Part shown: positions 53,859 through 64,000 of the stretch, piece by piece
Position numbering within the stretch: position 1 is the first letter of the stretch
Layout of the letters: each line of letters begins with the position of its first letter
Source: Ignavibacteriaceae bacterium
GTDB taxonomy: Bacteria; Bacteroidota; Ignavibacteria; Ignavibacteriales; Ignavibacteriaceae
Length of the DNA: 64,000 nt
Direction of reading: 5' to 3'
Assembly (NCBI GenBank): GCA_046704255.1
Contig: JBJKSH010000164.1
Coordinates: forward strand, 1,465 to 65,464
Position numbers and translations under genes: made by a program
The notes under the pieces: model-generated
What the model saw: only the letters and a program-made list of their open reading frames with translations
Told to the model about the DNA's origin: nothing
Database searches by the model: none

Positions 53859-56795
53859 TTATTCAATTATAAGCTTTTGGCCGGCAATAATTCTGTTGCT
53901 TGTAAGCCTGTTTGCTCTTTTTAATTGATTAACCGTAATATTATAATTTTTTGCAATAGTATATAAAGATTCGCCGCTTTTTACGATGTGAATCTTTCCG
54001 CTTTCCACCGCTTTCTTTTCGGCTCTTTTTTCAGAAGCATCCGGCTTAACCTGTATTTTTTTACCTGCAATTATTTTATTGTTATCCAGGTTATTCCATT
54101 TTTTAATTTCGGAAATTGATACATTATTAGCTTCGGCTATTTCACTTATTGTATCGCCTTTTTTTACTTTGTAGGTTGCTTTTGCTGCCGTATTTCCTGT
54201 TGGTTTTTCCGGTGTATTTTCTTCAACATCATTAACATCGGCATCGGAATAAATTTTTAATGTATGGCCAGCAACAATTTTATTCCCTCCTAAATGATTC
54301 CATCTTCTTATACTTGCAACCGGGACATTATATTTTTCAGCAATCAGACTAATTGCGTCACCGTTTCTAACAGTGTAATAATTTACGTTTGCCGAGGTTT
54401 TCGGTGCATTATCACCCATTGAAACGTTACTATTATTTTGATAAATTTTTAGGACCTGTCCTATCCTTAAGTTATTGTCCGTTATATTATTCCATCTTTT
54501 CAACGCAACTTGAGGAACACCGAATTTAATAGATAATTCGTATATCGAATCCCCTCCTTTTACCCTGTAATGAAAAACTTTTGTCTTAGAATAAATATTA
54601 CTGTTTTCAGCGGCAGCTATGTACCCGGAAGATCTGTCGGTATAAATTTTTAATCTTTTACCGGCATAAATTCTGTTACCGTCAATATTATTCCATTCCT
54701 TTAAAGAATTTACATCAACACCAAATCTAGCGGCAATAGAATTTAAATTTTCACCTCTCCTTATACGGTAATAAATTAATTCGTTACTGTTTTTTTCAGA
54801 TACGGGTTTGCTTGAAGTTTTCTCAATTGAAGTTTGATTTTCCAGGCTTGCATAATAATCTTTTTTATCAGCAGGTACATAAACAACCAGGTTTTCACCG
54901 ACTGAAATAACGCTTGTATAAGGGATATTATTCCAGTTCCTGATATTTATGACGCGGGTATTAAACATATCGGCAATTTTAAGCAGATTATCATTTTTCT
55001 TTACTGTGTAATTTACAGGAACTGTTCCTTCCGGGACAATTGCTTTTAGAGAATCTTCCGTATTTGTGTTTGAAGCAAGAGAAGCCTGATTTGATTCCGT
55101 CGAAATTGTTTTTTCAGCTTCCGCGGGTTGGCTGCTATTATCAGTTAATGCTGTCTCTGTTGTGGATAAACTATTCGAAGAATCCACCTGGGTGGTAGAG
55201 TCCTCAATCTTATTTTTCAATGCTGAAGCAAGATACGGAGAAACGTAACCGCCGGAATTTGAATTTTCTTCATTACCGGAATCTACTTCATTAGAAGAAA
55301 TATTTGTTGAATTGGAATCGGCGGTATTATCCTGATTATTATCCGAAGCAGTTTCAGTATTAGTATTATAAGCAAAGTTTTCATGGGAAACATTGGGAAC
55401 AGGAATTCTTAATCTAACCCCGGGATAAAGTACAGATCTAACGGAAATGTTGTTTGCATCGGCAAGATCGCGTACGGAAATACCATACCTGGCTGCTATC
55501 CTGCTTAAATTATCTCCGCGGTGTACCGTATGAACAAGATAATTTCTCTTTGCACTTGCAGGTATGTTAATAATGTTGGCAGCAAATGTCTGTTCGGAGG
55601 ATTTTGGAATTTTAAGCGGGTATCCGCCCGGATAAGAAGCTGGAGTACACATTTGTGTTAATTCCGGGTTCATGTCTTCAAGAGTTGTTACGTCAACTCC
55701 AGCACAGCTTGCCAGGTATCCCAGATCAATAGCTCCTTTTACAGGGTAAGTTACATACTCAAAGGGTTTGTCGTAAACAATATTTGTAAAACCGTATTTT
55801 GCCGGATTCATAGCAATTAAACTAACAGCAATATACTGCGGGACGTAACTTCTGGTTTCCCTAGGTAAATAATCGCGGGCGGCCCAAAAATTATTTTCTC
55901 CGGCTCTTTGAATTGCCCGGAAAATTCTTCCCTCTCCGCAATTATAAGCTGCAAGAACAAGGTACCAATCACCCAAATCATTGTATAAATCTTTTAAGTG
56001 TTCTGCTGCTGCAAGAGTAGATTTTTCAGGGTCCCTTCTTTCGTCATAATAAAAACTTGAGTGCAGCCCGTACAGCCTGCCGGTAGATCTAATAAACTGC
56101 CATAAACCAACGGCACTTGCCCAGGAACGAGCTTCTGGATTTAGCCCGCTTTCTACCATACTTAAATACATCAGTTGTTTGGGAAGTTTTTCCTTTTCAA
56201 ATATTTTTGTCATCATAGGAAAGTATCTGCCGGATCGCTCAAGCCATAAAAGCATGTGCTCTCTTCCCCTCCCGGTAAAATAATCAATCCATTGTTCAAC
56301 ATAGGAATTAACATCCATGGGAATTTCCGAGGGTGCAGTTACTTTAGCGGCCAGGTTATCTTTGTTCAAATTCACTTTAATTTCCGGTAAAGATTTTCCC
56401 ATCCATTCTTCAAGAGCAGCAAAAGAAACATTGGGCGGAAGTTCCGGAAGGCTGTCTACATATTTCTTATAATCATCAATAACGGATTTTTCAAGATCAA
56501 CGTATGCTTCGTTTTGTTCAATTCCCGGGTAATAACTTAAATTGTTAATTATTCTTAATGCTGCTTCGTAATTGTTTACTGCTTCGGTTGTGCTGTTTTC
56601 CTCCTCTTTATCAAGTGCGGTTACATAATACTGGCGGGCTTGTTCTAATAACTCGGATACAATTCCAACCTTTTGTATTTTGGTTTGTACTTTAGCGGAA
56701 TTTTCATCCTTTGCTATTTCTTTATTCGTTCCGCAAGACCATAAAAGCAAAGCAAATAAAGAAATAGCAGCAAATGGTAAAATTCGTTTTTTCAT
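53859..56795 (-). CDS. MltD-like membrane-bound lytic murein transglycosylase with seven LysM domains
   Basis: Lipoprotein-like N-terminus ending LLLWSC. SLT catalytic block [22 protein letters not shown]. Seven LysM repeats (Y/H-x-V-x-x-G-D/E-x-L/I...N-x-L/I pattern). A ~110-aa S/N/T/D-rich low-complexity linker. Confidence 0.85.
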   Translation of the reverse strand: MKKRILPFAAISLFALLLWSCGTNKEIAKDENSAKVQTKIQKVGIVSELLEQARQYYVTALDKEEENSTTEAVNNYEAALRIINNLSYYPGIEQNEAYVDLEKSVIDDYKKYVDSLPELPPNVSFAALEEWMGKSLPEIKVNLNKDNLAAKVTAPSEIPMDVNSYVEQWIDYFTGRGREHMLLWLERSGRYFPMMTKIFEKEKLPKQLMYLSMVESGLNPEARSWASAVGLWQFIRSTGRLYGLHSSFYYDERRDPEKSTLAAAEHLKDLYNDLGDWYLVLAAYNCGEGRIFRAIQRAGENNFWAARDYLPRETRSYVPQYIAVSLIAMNPAKYGFTNIVYDKPFEYVTYPVKGAIDLGYLASCAGVDVTTLEDMNPELTQMCTPASYPGGYPLKIPKSSEQTFAANIINIPASAKRNYLVHTVHRGDNLSRIAARYGISVRDLADANNISVRSVLYPGVRLRIPVPNVSHENFAYNTNTETASDNNQDNTADSNSTNISSNEVDSGNEENSNSGGYVSPYLASALKNKIEDSTTQVDSSNSLSTTETALTDNSSQPAEAEKTISTESNQASLASNTNTEDSLKAIVPEGTVPVNYTVKKNDNLLKIADMFNTRVINIRNWNNIPYTSVISVGENLVVYVPADKKDYYASLENQTSIEKTSSKPVSEKNSNELIYYRIRRGENLNSIAARFGVDVNSLKEWNNIDGNRIYAGKRLKIYTDRSSGYIAAAENSNIYSKTKVFHYRVKGGDSIYELSIKFGVPQVALKRWNNITDNNLRIGQVLKIYQNNSNVSMGDNAPKTSANVNYYTVRNGDAISLIAEKYNVPVASIRRWNHLGGNKIVAGHTLKIYSDADVNDVEENTPEKPTGNTAAKATYKVKKGDTISEIAEANNVSISEIKKWNNLDNNKIIAGKKIQVKPDASEKRAEKKAVESGKIHIVKSGESLYTIAKNYNITVNQLKRANRLTSNRIIAGQKLIIE

Positions 56796-56917
56796 TTATG
56801 CTCCATTATTTTTATTTTACATTTCAATATAACCTCTATTTTTGGTTTTATCAAGTAAAAAATTAACTAAATTAGTTTAATTGACGTTAAAATAAGAAGT
56901 TAATACATTAATTAGCT

Positions 56918-58462
56918 TCATAACGGTATATTTCCGTGTTTCTTTTTCGGGTTCCTATCTACTTTTGTTTTTAATAATTTAAATGAATTGATAAGCTTTA
57001 TTTTTGTCTCCTCCGGTAAAATGATGTCGTCTAAATAACCTCTTTCGGCAGCAATATATGGATTTGCAAACTTTTCAATGTACTCAGATAATTTTTTCTC
57101 TAGTTCTGCATCCGGATTTTCGGCTTTGGAAATTTCTTTCTTAAAAATAATTTCCACGGCACCTTTTGGCCCCATAACCGCAATTTCCGCAGTAGGCCAG
57201 GCAAAATTAAAATCCCCCCTAATATGTTTTGAGTTCATAACATCATAAGCGCCGCCGTAAGCTTTACGTGTAATAACCGTAACTTTGGGCACCGTAGCTT
57301 CGCAAAAGGCATACAAAAGCTTGGATCCATGTCTTATTATTCCGTTCCATTCTTGTTCGGTACCTGGCAAAAATCCGGGAACATCTACAAGCACAAGAAG
57401 AGGTATGTTAAACGCATCGCAAAATCTTACAAACCTGGCACCCTTAACAGAAGCATTTATATCCAGCACGCCTGCAAGTATCTGCGGCTGATTTGCAACA
57501 ACTCCAACAGACATTCCGCCTATCCTTGCAAATCCAACAATTATGTTCTCGGCATACTGCGAATGAACTTCAAGGAAATCATTTTCGTCAATAAGCAGGT
57601 TTATTATCTGCTTCATATCGTAAGGCTTATTAGGATTTTCCGGCACAATTCCGTTAAGCCTGGAATCCGGCATTAAAGTGTTGAAGTTGAATTCTTTATC
57701 AGCCGGCCTGTCCATAAAATTAAGCGGCAGATAATCCATAAGGCGCCTAACATTCAGCAAAGTTTCAATTTCATTTTCATTTATAAAATGGGCTACTCCG
57801 CTTTTAGTCGAATGAGTTTCTGCACCGCCCAGGTCTTCAAAGCTTACATTTTCGTGAGTTACGGTTTTAACAACATTTGGCCCGGTAACAAACATATAGC
57901 TTGTATTTTTAACCATAAAAATAAAATCTGTAATTGCCGGGGAATAAACTGCTCCGCCAGCACACGGCCCCATAACAACCGATATTTGAGGAATAACTCC
58001 GGAAGCTAGTGTATTCAATAAAAAGATATCAGCATAACCGCCAAGGCTTACAACCCCTTCCTGAATTCTAGCCCCGCCGGAATCATTCAACCCAATTACA
58101 GGGATGCCGGCTTTCATTGCAAGATTTATAACTTTAATAATTTTTTCAGCATGGGTTTCCGATAAGGAGCCGCCGAACACCGTAAAATCCTGGCTGAACA
58201 AGGCAACCGGTCTTCCGTTTATTTTAGCAAAACCTGTAACAACACCGTCACCGGGGTAATGCAGTTTATTTAACCCAAAATCCGTCGCCCGGTGTTTAAC
58301 AAACATATCAATTTCATCAAAGCTCCCTTCGTCAATCAACAAATCGATTCTTTCTCTGGCAGTAAGTTTTCCTTTTTCGTGCTGCTTTTTAATTTTATCC
58401 GTACCGCCGCCGCTTTTTGCACTTTCCTTCTTTGTTTTTAATTCTTCTATGTTGTTACCCAT
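56918..58462 (-). CDS. Acyl-CoA carboxyltransferase (propionyl-CoA carboxylase beta / methylmalonyl-CoA decarboxylase alpha family)
   Basis: 514 aa. [25 protein letters not shown] and a second carboxyltransferase half with VANQP...GVLD. Confidence 0.85.
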   Translation of the reverse strand: MGNNIEELKTKKESAKSGGGTDKIKKQHEKGKLTARERIDLLIDEGSFDEIDMFVKHRATDFGLNKLHYPGDGVVTGFAKINGRPVALFSQDFTVFGGSLSETHAEKIIKVINLAMKAGIPVIGLNDSGGARIQEGVVSLGGYADIFLLNTLASGVIPQISVVMGPCAGGAVYSPAITDFIFMVKNTSYMFVTGPNVVKTVTHENVSFEDLGGAETHSTKSGVAHFINENEIETLLNVRRLMDYLPLNFMDRPADKEFNFNTLMPDSRLNGIVPENPNKPYDMKQIINLLIDENDFLEVHSQYAENIIVGFARIGGMSVGVVANQPQILAGVLDINASVKGARFVRFCDAFNIPLLVLVDVPGFLPGTEQEWNGIIRHGSKLLYAFCEATVPKVTVITRKAYGGAYDVMNSKHIRGDFNFAWPTAEIAVMGPKGAVEIIFKKEISKAENPDAELEKKLSEYIEKFANPYIAAERGYLDDIILPEETKIKLINSFKLLKTKVDRNPKKKHGNIPL

Positions 58463-58649
58463 TACAATTTAATAATTTAATATGAGGGCTAAAATTTATA
58501 TTTTTAAGTTAAGTTACGCAAATACAAAATAAATAACCGTACCCTGCTTCCTGCCTGCCTTACCATTGGGAGAGGGTTTGTTCAATCTTACATAACTTCA
58601 ATTAGCAACAGGTAAAATTTCCACACAAAATTTATTAAGTGAATAATTT

Positions 58650-59441
58650 TTACCGATTTCCTGCGTCCAGTGCAAGCATTGAATTTTCATGCAGGGATAA
58701 TGAATTTTCAATTTTTTGCCTTATTTCAGCAAAATAATTGTCTTCTTTTGCAGAAATTAATTGGCGGTTTATTTTAAAAGAGTCAATAATCGTACCGGGG
58801 TGTTTTTTCATTAATAAGATTAACGACGAAAGCTCCAGAGCTTCGGAAATATTTGTAGTAGAAATTAATAACGGAACTTTAAAATCTTCCGCTGTTTTTT
58901 TAATTAAAAATTTTATTTCTTTTTTAGTTTCCCCAAATAGATTTTTTAACGGGTCATCCAGCAAAATTAATTTCGGTTCTACAGCCAGCGCTCTTGCCAG
59001 CGAAATTCTAAATCTAAATCCTAAACTTTTATTATCGGGATAATGATCTTCATAACCGGTTAATCCGACAAAAGATATCAACACTTTCAATTTTTCAGTA
59101 TCATAATTTTTATTTTTTAGTTTTAAAGCGAACTCGATATTTTTTGTAACATTCAGCCAGGGGAAAGAAGAAGGTTCTTCCGGTATGTAAGCAATTGAAC
59201 CGTCCGGTGTTTTATATTCATTTCCTGATAAGTAAACTTTACCGTTAGTTTGGAAATCTACCGCAGCTAAAATTTTAAGAAGAGTTGTTTTACCGGCACC
59301 AAACGGGGCTAACAGGGCAGTTATATTCATCCTGCTTGCAACAGCATCAATTTCAAAATTTACGTCTTCTAGAATTAATTGCCCGGTACCGGCAAATCCT
59401 TGAATAAATTTCGAAATATTTTCCGTTTTTAATAAAATCAT
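58650..59441 (-). CDS. ABC transporter ATPase homologue (NitT/TauT-type) with degenerate catalytic motifs
   Basis: Walker A-like APFGAGKTT is retained. The Q-loop is IPEEP, the signature is KSLGF instead of LSGGQ, Walker B is LILLDD (Asp for the catalytic Glu), and the H-loop is STTNISEA (no His). Confidence 0.7.
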   Translation of the reverse strand: MILLKTENISKFIQGFAGTGQLILEDVNFEIDAVASRMNITALLAPFGAGKTTLLKILAAVDFQTNGKVYLSGNEYKTPDGSIAYIPEEPSSFPWLNVTKNIEFALKLKNKNYDTEKLKVLISFVGLTGYEDHYPDNKSLGFRFRISLARALAVEPKLILLDDPLKNLFGETKKEIKFLIKKTAEDFKVPLLISTTNISEALELSSLILLMKKHPGTIIDSFKINRQLISAKEDNYFAEIRQKIENSLSLHENSMLALDAGNR

Positions 59442-59448
59442 TTTTTAA

Positions 59449-60210
59449 TTAAACGGTACCCCAGTGAAAAAATTTATTTTTTAAATATTTTAATGTATAC
59501 AAGCCTGCAAACAATGTAATCCCGGTAATTATTGATGCGGAAAAAAGCGCCGACAAATCTTTATAATTTAATGCCTGCTTGAAAATGCTTCCCAAACCGT
59601 ACCCGCCTTTAATAAATTCAAAGATTATTAAAATTGTCCATAAGTAATAATGCAGTTCAATTATACTGCCGGCAAGCTTATGCTGGATAGAATTCCAGAT
59701 AATTTTATTTGAAATTATTTTTTCATCCGCACCAAGCGACCTGGCGGTATCAACATAATTATTATTTATGTGTGAAAGTTCTAGTTGAAATTTATTTATC
59801 AACGAAAAGAACACCACACAAAAAGCAAATGCAAATGTTATTAAGAAAGAATCCGGGAACCAGTATATTAAAAACAAGCCGAGTATCGCCGCCGGTATAT
59901 ACTTGGAAAACCAATTAAGAGAAATAAAAAAATATTTAATAAAATGATTATCTTTAATTAAAAATTCTTTTAAGAGAAAAATTAAAAAATAAGAGAAGGC
60001 GATTGATAAATAAATTACAGATACTGTCGATAAAAAGTTTACGGGGAGATGATAAACATTCCATAATGCGCCGAATGATAAAATTACAACCGAAGGGCTA
60101 GGAAGAATTTCATTTGCAGGAAGAATAAATTCAAATAATAAAATCCAGAGGATTATATACGCAGTCAAAAAGTAAAAAATATTTTTAAAAAAATTTCTTC
60201 CCGATATCAT
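59449..60210 (-). CDS. ABC transporter permease (binding-protein-dependent type)
   Basis: 253 aa, about 6 TM segments. EAA-like loop VDTARSLGADEKIISNKIIWNSI. Located 7 nt upstream of the ATPase gene. Confidence 0.65.
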   Translation of the reverse strand: MISGRNFFKNIFYFLTAYIILWILLFEFILPANEILPSPSVVILSFGALWNVYHLPVNFLSTVSVIYLSIAFSYFLIFLLKEFLIKDNHFIKYFFISLNWFSKYIPAAILGLFLIYWFPDSFLITFAFAFCVVFFSLINKFQLELSHINNNYVDTARSLGADEKIISNKIIWNSIQHKLAGSIIELHYYLWTILIIFEFIKGGYGLGSIFKQALNYKDLSALFSASIITGITLFAGLYTLKYLKNKFFHWGTV

Positions 60211-60265
60211 AATTTAATAAGTGAATTAATTCCGGCAATGAATATATTGAATGCTTGTCAATATA

Positions 60266-60913
60266 TCAATAATTTTTAAGAAAAGGATTATCTGCCTTTT
60301 CCAACCCGATTTTACTGCTTGCACCATGGCCGGGATAAATTAATACATTGTCCGGCAGTGAAAATAATTTTACTTTTATAGAATTAAGCAGCGCATCGTA
60401 ATCACCGCCCCAAAGATCCGTCCTGCCGATGCTGTTCTTAAATAAAACATCACCGGTAATACAAAATGCTTCTGCAGGAAAATAAATGCAATATTCGCCC
60501 GGTGTATGCCCCGGAGTAAAAAGAAAAATCATTTTTGATTTGCCTAAATAAAGTTGTAATTCCTCGGATAAATATTTATCGGGTTTAGGCAGTGTTTTTA
60601 TCGTTAGATTAAATGCATTTGCTTGTTGTACGGCACTTTCCAATAGGAATAAATCTTCTTCAGGTATATAATACTCGGGATAAAATTTCTTTTTAACAAA
60701 ATAGCTGCCTAAAATGTGGTCGATATGGCAGTGTGTGTTTATTAAATATTTAAGCTTTAGATCATTTCCATCAACATAGTTTTTCAGCTTTTCTTCCTCG
60801 TCTTTATTTGAGCAGCCGGGATCTATTACAGCACATTCTTTGGTGCTTTCATCCCAAACAATATACGTGTTTTCAGAAAAGAGATTAAATTCAAATGATT
60901 TGATTACAAGCAT
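60266..60913 (-). CDS. MBL-fold metallo-hydrolase (glyoxalase II-like)
   Basis: THCHIDH (HxHxDH), a later GHTPG, and a C-terminal PGHG. Confidence 0.8.
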   Translation of the reverse strand: MLVIKSFEFNLFSENTYIVWDESTKECAVIDPGCSNKDEEEKLKNYVDGNDLKLKYLINTHCHIDHILGSYFVKKKFYPEYYIPEEDLFLLESAVQQANAFNLTIKTLPKPDKYLSEELQLYLGKSKMIFLFTPGHTPGEYCIYFPAEAFCITGDVLFKNSIGRTDLWGGDYDALLNSIKVKLFSLPDNVLIYPGHGASSKIGLEKADNPFLKNY

Positions 60914-60982
60914 TTATTTTCCATAATTAAAATACCAAAGCCGGCTTTAAGATTATATTTTTTCTGTTAAATGAACCAACCG

Positions 60983-62194
60983 TCATTTTTTAAAATTATA
61001 TTTTAATCTTGATTTTAGTTTTTTAACGTAACTATTATAATTGTCTTTAGTCTCTTCTATGGAATCTCCACCGAATTTTAACAGGAAGAATTTTGCAAGA
61101 CTCCAGGCAAGCATCGACTCGGCAATTACCGCGCATGCAGGTACTGCAACAAAATCACTTCTCTCCCGTCTTGCATCGACCTTTTTCATCGTTTTTAAAT
61201 CAACGCTTTCAATAGGGCTCATAAGAGTTGCAATAGGCTTCATTGCAGCATGAACTATTATAGGCATTCCGGTAGAAATGCCGCCTTCAATTCCGCCGGC
61301 TCTATTTGTTTTACGAGTAATGGAGTCTCCCTTCATAATTATTTCATCGTGAGATTTGGAACCGGGCATTAAAGCTGCCGTAAAGCCTGTTCCGATTGAC
61401 ACTCCTTTAACAGCATTTATAGACATGATTGTTTGTGCAATTTCAGCATCCAGTTTGGTATCATAATGAACGAAGCTGCCGAGACCAACGGGAACTCCGG
61501 TAGCAACCGCATAAAAAGTCCCGCCTAGAGTATCGCCTTTTTTCTTTGCCTGTTTAATTTTATTTATTATTTTTTCTTCGTGCTCCTTATCAAGCACTCT
61601 TACATCGCTTAGGTCTGCTTTTTTTGATAAACTCCAGCCGGTAAAATTCTTGGGTAAATTATTATCAAATAAATTTTCACTAAAGTTTTTTTGCGGAAAT
61701 ATTCCGCCGATACTTTCCACAAAGCTGCCAATGGAAATTCCAAACTCTTCTAGAAATTTTCTTGCAACCGAACATGCTGCAACTCTAGCAGCAGTTTCCC
61801 TTGCACTCGAACGTTCAATAGAATTACGGATATCGTTAAAATTATACTTGGTCACGCCTACAAGGTCTGCATGTCCGGGTCGTGGAATAATTATCTTTTC
61901 AACATCGGCAGTTCTCTTATCCGGTGTCATTTTTTCAATCCAATTTTCCCAATCCTTATTTTTAACCAATAATGAAATCGGAGAGCCGAGTGTTTTTTGA
62001 AACCTTATACCGGATAAAATTTCCGCAGTATCGGATTCAATTTTCATTCTATGTCCTCTGCCGTAACCCATTTGTCTTCTTTTCAAATGGAAATTAATAT
62101 ACTCATTCTCTATTTTAATATTAGAAGGAAAGCCTTCCACAATTGTAGTTAAAGCCTTGCCGTGAGACTCACCCGCGGTAAGAAATCTTATCAT
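60983..62194 (-). CDS. aroC: Chorismate synthase
   Basis: MIRFLTAGESHGKAL N-terminus, RPGHAD and GGISTG motifs. 403 aa. Confidence 0.9.
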   Translation of the reverse strand: MIRFLTAGESHGKALTTIVEGFPSNIKIENEYINFHLKRRQMGYGRGHRMKIESDTAEILSGIRFQKTLGSPISLLVKNKDWENWIEKMTPDKRTADVEKIIIPRPGHADLVGVTKYNFNDIRNSIERSSARETAARVAACSVARKFLEEFGISIGSFVESIGGIFPQKNFSENLFDNNLPKNFTGWSLSKKADLSDVRVLDKEHEEKIINKIKQAKKKGDTLGGTFYAVATGVPVGLGSFVHYDTKLDAEIAQTIMSINAVKGVSIGTGFTAALMPGSKSHDEIIMKGDSITRKTNRAGGIEGGISTGMPIIVHAAMKPIATLMSPIESVDLKTMKKVDARRERSDFVAVPACAVIAESMLAWSLAKFFLLKFGGDSIEETKDNYNSYVKKLKSRLKYNFKK

Positions 62195-62225
62195 TATTAC
62201 TCCTGTTAAAGTGAAAGGTAAATAT

Positions 62226-62251
62226 AAAAAAAACGCCCGACTTTGCGGGCG
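62226..62251 (-). terminator. Rho-independent terminator after htrA
   Basis: The minus strand reads CGCCCG-CAAAGU-CGGGCG followed by U8. It lies 22 nt after the htrA stop. Confidence 0.8.
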
Positions 62252-62272
62252 CTGTTTGGAAAAATTTTATAT

Positions 62273-63769
62273 TTATTTTGAATTCGGAACTTCCAATCCG
62301 ACAAACATACTGTTTCCTTTGGAATCCTGAACTTTTAATAATACCGCAGATCCCTTTTTACCATTCACTTCTTTCTTAAATTGGGAAACATTATCAACAG
62401 GTTTTCTATTAACTTCAGTAATAACTAGTCCACTTCCAAGGTTCTGATTTTGTGCCGGGCTGTATGGTGCAACGTCGGTTATCATTACTCCGTGCTCAAC
62501 CTTATATTCGGATTTATCTTTAGCTGTAAGATTTCTAACTGAAATCCCCACACCTTTCAGAGTAGCAGTTTCGGTTTCGGAATTATTATTATTCTTTTCC
62601 GATTCATTATTATTAGAAACATCCTCAGTTTTATTTCCGGTGCTTCTTTCTTTAAGAGTAACTTTCCTGTTTATAATTTTCCCGTCCCTAAAAATCGTAA
62701 GATCCACAGTACTGCCGGCAGGCATTTCAGCAACTATACTTTGCAGTTCGTTTGCCTTATTAACGGGCTTGCCGTCAACTTTTAAAATTACATCACCTGC
62801 TTTAATATCTTCTTTGGAAGCAGCACCGCCGGGAACAACCTTCTGAATTATTACACCGTGAGGTTCATTCATTCCCAGTGCTTTTGCGGTTGCATCATCA
62901 ACCTCCTGAATTTCAACGCCAATATAACCGCGCTTAACTTTGCCGTATGCAATAAGCTGTTTTGTAACAGATTTTACCAGGTTAATAGGAATAGCAAAAC
63001 CATAACCAATAAATGTTCCGGTTCCCTGCGTTGCAATTGCAGAATTTATTCCTATAACCGCACCGGATAAGTCTACCAAAGCGCCGCCGCTGTTTCCAGG
63101 ATTAATCGGTGCATCCGTTTGAATATAATCTTCTATTCCGTATCCGTTATTCACATTCAAACCTAAATGACCTCTGCCAAGTGCGCTAACAATTCCTGCA
63201 GTTACGGTAGATGTTAAGGATAACGGGTTTCCTATAGCCATAACCCACTGACCGACCTTTATACTGTCTGAATTTCCCAGGTATGCAGCAGGTAAATTAT
63301 GAGCATCAATTTTAATAACGGCCAAATCTGTGTTTGGATCCGTACCCACAACTTTAGCTGTAAAAACTCTTTTATCATATAAACCTACTCTTACAGAAGT
63401 AGCATTCTTAACAACATGATAATTTGTAACTATGTATCCGTCCGGTGATATAATAATACCGCTGCCGGAACCTTCTTCTTCTTTAGGAAGATCCTGGAAC
63501 GGGAAAAAGAAGAAGTGACCATGAGGGTTATCTGTTTTGGATACAACTGTTATCTGTACAATTTCCGGTGTAACAGATTTTGCTACCTGAATAAAAGCTT
63601 TACTGAATGTACTTGCATCGGCATCAAATTTAACCGGCGGTGTTGCAGAGCCTATGTTAACATCCGCTAAACTTGGTCTTACCAATCCAAACCCCGATAC
63701 CAATATCGCACCGAATACAATTCCAATTACAACAAGTGCCAAAGCACCCCATATTCCTTTAGATTTCAT
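62273..63769 (-). CDS. htrA: HtrA/DegP/DegQ-family periplasmic serine endoprotease with two PDZ domains
   Basis: N-terminal TM/signal segment. Catalytic triad contexts TNYHVV, DLAVIKI, GNSGGALVD. Two PDZ-like segments and a low-complexity N/E-rich linker. Confidence 0.9.
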   Translation of the reverse strand: MKSKGIWGALALVVIGIVFGAILVSGFGLVRPSLADVNIGSATPPVKFDADASTFSKAFIQVAKSVTPEIVQITVVSKTDNPHGHFFFFPFQDLPKEEEGSGSGIIISPDGYIVTNYHVVKNATSVRVGLYDKRVFTAKVVGTDPNTDLAVIKIDAHNLPAAYLGNSDSIKVGQWVMAIGNPLSLTSTVTAGIVSALGRGHLGLNVNNGYGIEDYIQTDAPINPGNSGGALVDLSGAVIGINSAIATQGTGTFIGYGFAIPINLVKSVTKQLIAYGKVKRGYIGVEIQEVDDATAKALGMNEPHGVIIQKVVPGGAASKEDIKAGDVILKVDGKPVNKANELQSIVAEMPAGSTVDLTIFRDGKIINRKVTLKERSTGNKTEDVSNNNESEKNNNNSETETATLKGVGISVRNLTAKDKSEYKVEHGVMITDVAPYSPAQNQNLGSGLVITEVNRKPVDNVSQFKKEVNGKKGSAVLLKVQDSKGNSMFVGLEVPNSK

Positions 63770-64000
63770 TTTATATTTCCTCCGATTTATTTTCTTTCAT
63801 AATTATTTCTTTTTTATATAATCTGATTTCAATTTTTTACAATTACTATTTTAACAACTTAAGTGTCTGAATTCCTTTAAAATCAGGTATATGAAACATC
63901 AAGTGTTTCTCCATAAAGTTTATTGCCCTATCGGCAATAGTAATACTTTTGTTTTCAATCTTTTTACTGTTCTTTAGACAAATTAAATAATTAAAAAGTT

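Noticed and set aside
58535-58585. GC-rich island CCTGCTTCCTGCCTGCC. Its minus-strand RNA contains GGAAGCAG, reminiscent of the conserved SRP (4.5S) RNA domain IV.
   Set aside because: I could not build the SRP hairpin. There is no GNRA tetraloop closed by the expected helices, no 5'/3' closing stem, and only a 5-bp ACCCU/AGGGU pairing. It is more likely a CTGCC-type short repeat or a poor terminator after the ABC ATPase gene. A covariance-model scan would settle it.
60936-60947. AAAGCCGGCTTT palindrome downstream of aroC as a terminator
   Set aside because: The effective stem is only about 4 bp around a CCGG loop, with a weak U-tract. That is insufficient to call a terminator.

Overview
All calls below come from reading the sequence and the ORF track by eye. 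No searches, folding or statistics were run.

The window looks like an AT-rich chromosomal segment from a Gram-negative bacterium. Several features suggest the FCB group (Ignavibacteria or Bacteroidota-like): an ostA-lptB pair, a TonB-dependent receptor with a CarboxypepD_reg-type N-terminus, a Flavobacterium-type cyclomaltodextrinase and pdaD. This taxonomic placement is inference.

Layout:
1. 1-7.7 kb: housekeeping genes. These are an OstA-like gene, lptB, a CPBP protease, pdxJ, a DUF2400 gene, an OPT transporter and nadE.
2. 7.9-38.1 kb: one uninterrupted minus-strand exopolysaccharide or capsule locus of about 30 kb and 24 genes, many overlapping by 1-14 nt.
   - Core machinery: Wza, a Wzc BY-kinase, Wzx, Wzy, a priming phosphoglycosyl transferase and six GT-B glycosyltransferases.
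   - A WbpB/WbpD/WbpE-like trio for a 3-amino-sugar.
   - Two deacetylase-fold proteins.
   - An unusual distal tailing block: a PaaK/CapK-like adenylating enzyme, an orphan CapA-like protein, a doubly degenerate AsnB homologue, and a tightly coupled ACP / AsnB / AMP-ligase / class-III aminotransferase cassette.
3. 38.4-45.5 kb: a secreted beta-helix protein, two SLC45-like MFS sugar symporters flanking a GNAT gene, and a secreted GH13 cyclomaltodextrinase.
4. 45.8-49 kb: smpB, tyrS, pdaD and a TerC-family gene.
5. 49.0-53.75 kb: a clear TPP riboswitch with a terminator-type expression platform. It heads a TonB-receptor / thiamine pyrophosphokinase / sodium:solute-symporter operon.
6. 53.9-63.8 kb: a seven-LysM lytic transglycosylase, an acyl-CoA carboxyltransferase, an ABC pair whose ATPase has degenerate catalytic motifs, an MBL hydrolase, aroC and htrA.

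I found no tRNA, rRNA, CRISPR array, transposase, integrase or recognisable defence genes.

The two best candidates for something under-described are the carrier-protein-dependent tailoring cassette in the EPS locus and the riboswitch-controlled thiamine uptake operon, which uses an SSS-family inner-membrane transporter.
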